Shown here one piece after another: positions 60,129-64,000 of a DNA stretch of 64,000 nt (position 1 is its first letter; every line of letters begins with the position of its first letter). Position numbers and translations under genes: made by a program. Source of the DNA: a virus; UHGV virus genome UHGV-0240317; one strand, 5' to 3'. The notes below the pieces were generated by a model. The model saw nothing but the letters and a program-made list of their open reading frames with translations. It ran no database searches and had not been told where the DNA came from.

Positions 60129-64000
<3,872 letters not shown>

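Overview
This window is a 64 kb stretch of a virulent, AT-rich tailed dsDNA phage genome, not a bacterial chromosome. Gene content points to a myovirus with a mosaic of T4-like and T7-like enzymes and resembles Felix O1-type (Ounavirinae-like) phages; that assignment is from memory of gene content, not a search. Layout: (1) 167-7565, plus-strand cluster of small genes including a protein with four Ig-like repeats and a GH24 lysozyme; (2) 7566-9282, a 1.7 kb ORF-free region full of short repeats in a convergent transcription zone; (3) 9283-14769, minus-strand cluster of 13 small unknown genes separated by two families of conserved ~70-90 bp elements, driven by a strong sigma70-like promoter at 14810-14838; (4) 15276-44619, minus-strand block with a TARG1/DarG-like macrodomain protein, overlapping spanins, rIIA/rIIB-like genes, a NAMPT-like plus PRPP-synthetase-like pair, nrdG, nrdD (split by a group I intron carrying an HNH endonuclease), glutaredoxin-like, nrdB, nrdA, RNase H-like nuclease, SSB-like protein, primase-helicase and dNMP kinase; (5) 44877-55642, plus-strand block with a family A DNA polymerase split by an ORF-less group I intron, an HNH-AP2 endonuclease, ATP-dependent DNA ligase, two GT-rich structured repeat arrays flanking a two-gene cassette, an HTH regulator, dihydrofolate reductase and thymidylate synthase; (6) 55680-64000, minus-strand tail-fibre and baseplate genes. 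No tRNA genes or CRISPR arrays were found. The most novel-looking signals are the GT-rich hairpin repeat arrays (50.2-52.1 kb), the conserved inter-genic elements in the small-gene cluster, the repeat-rich ORF-free region and the macrodomain protein. All calls are by eye from the sequence and ORF track; no searches were run.
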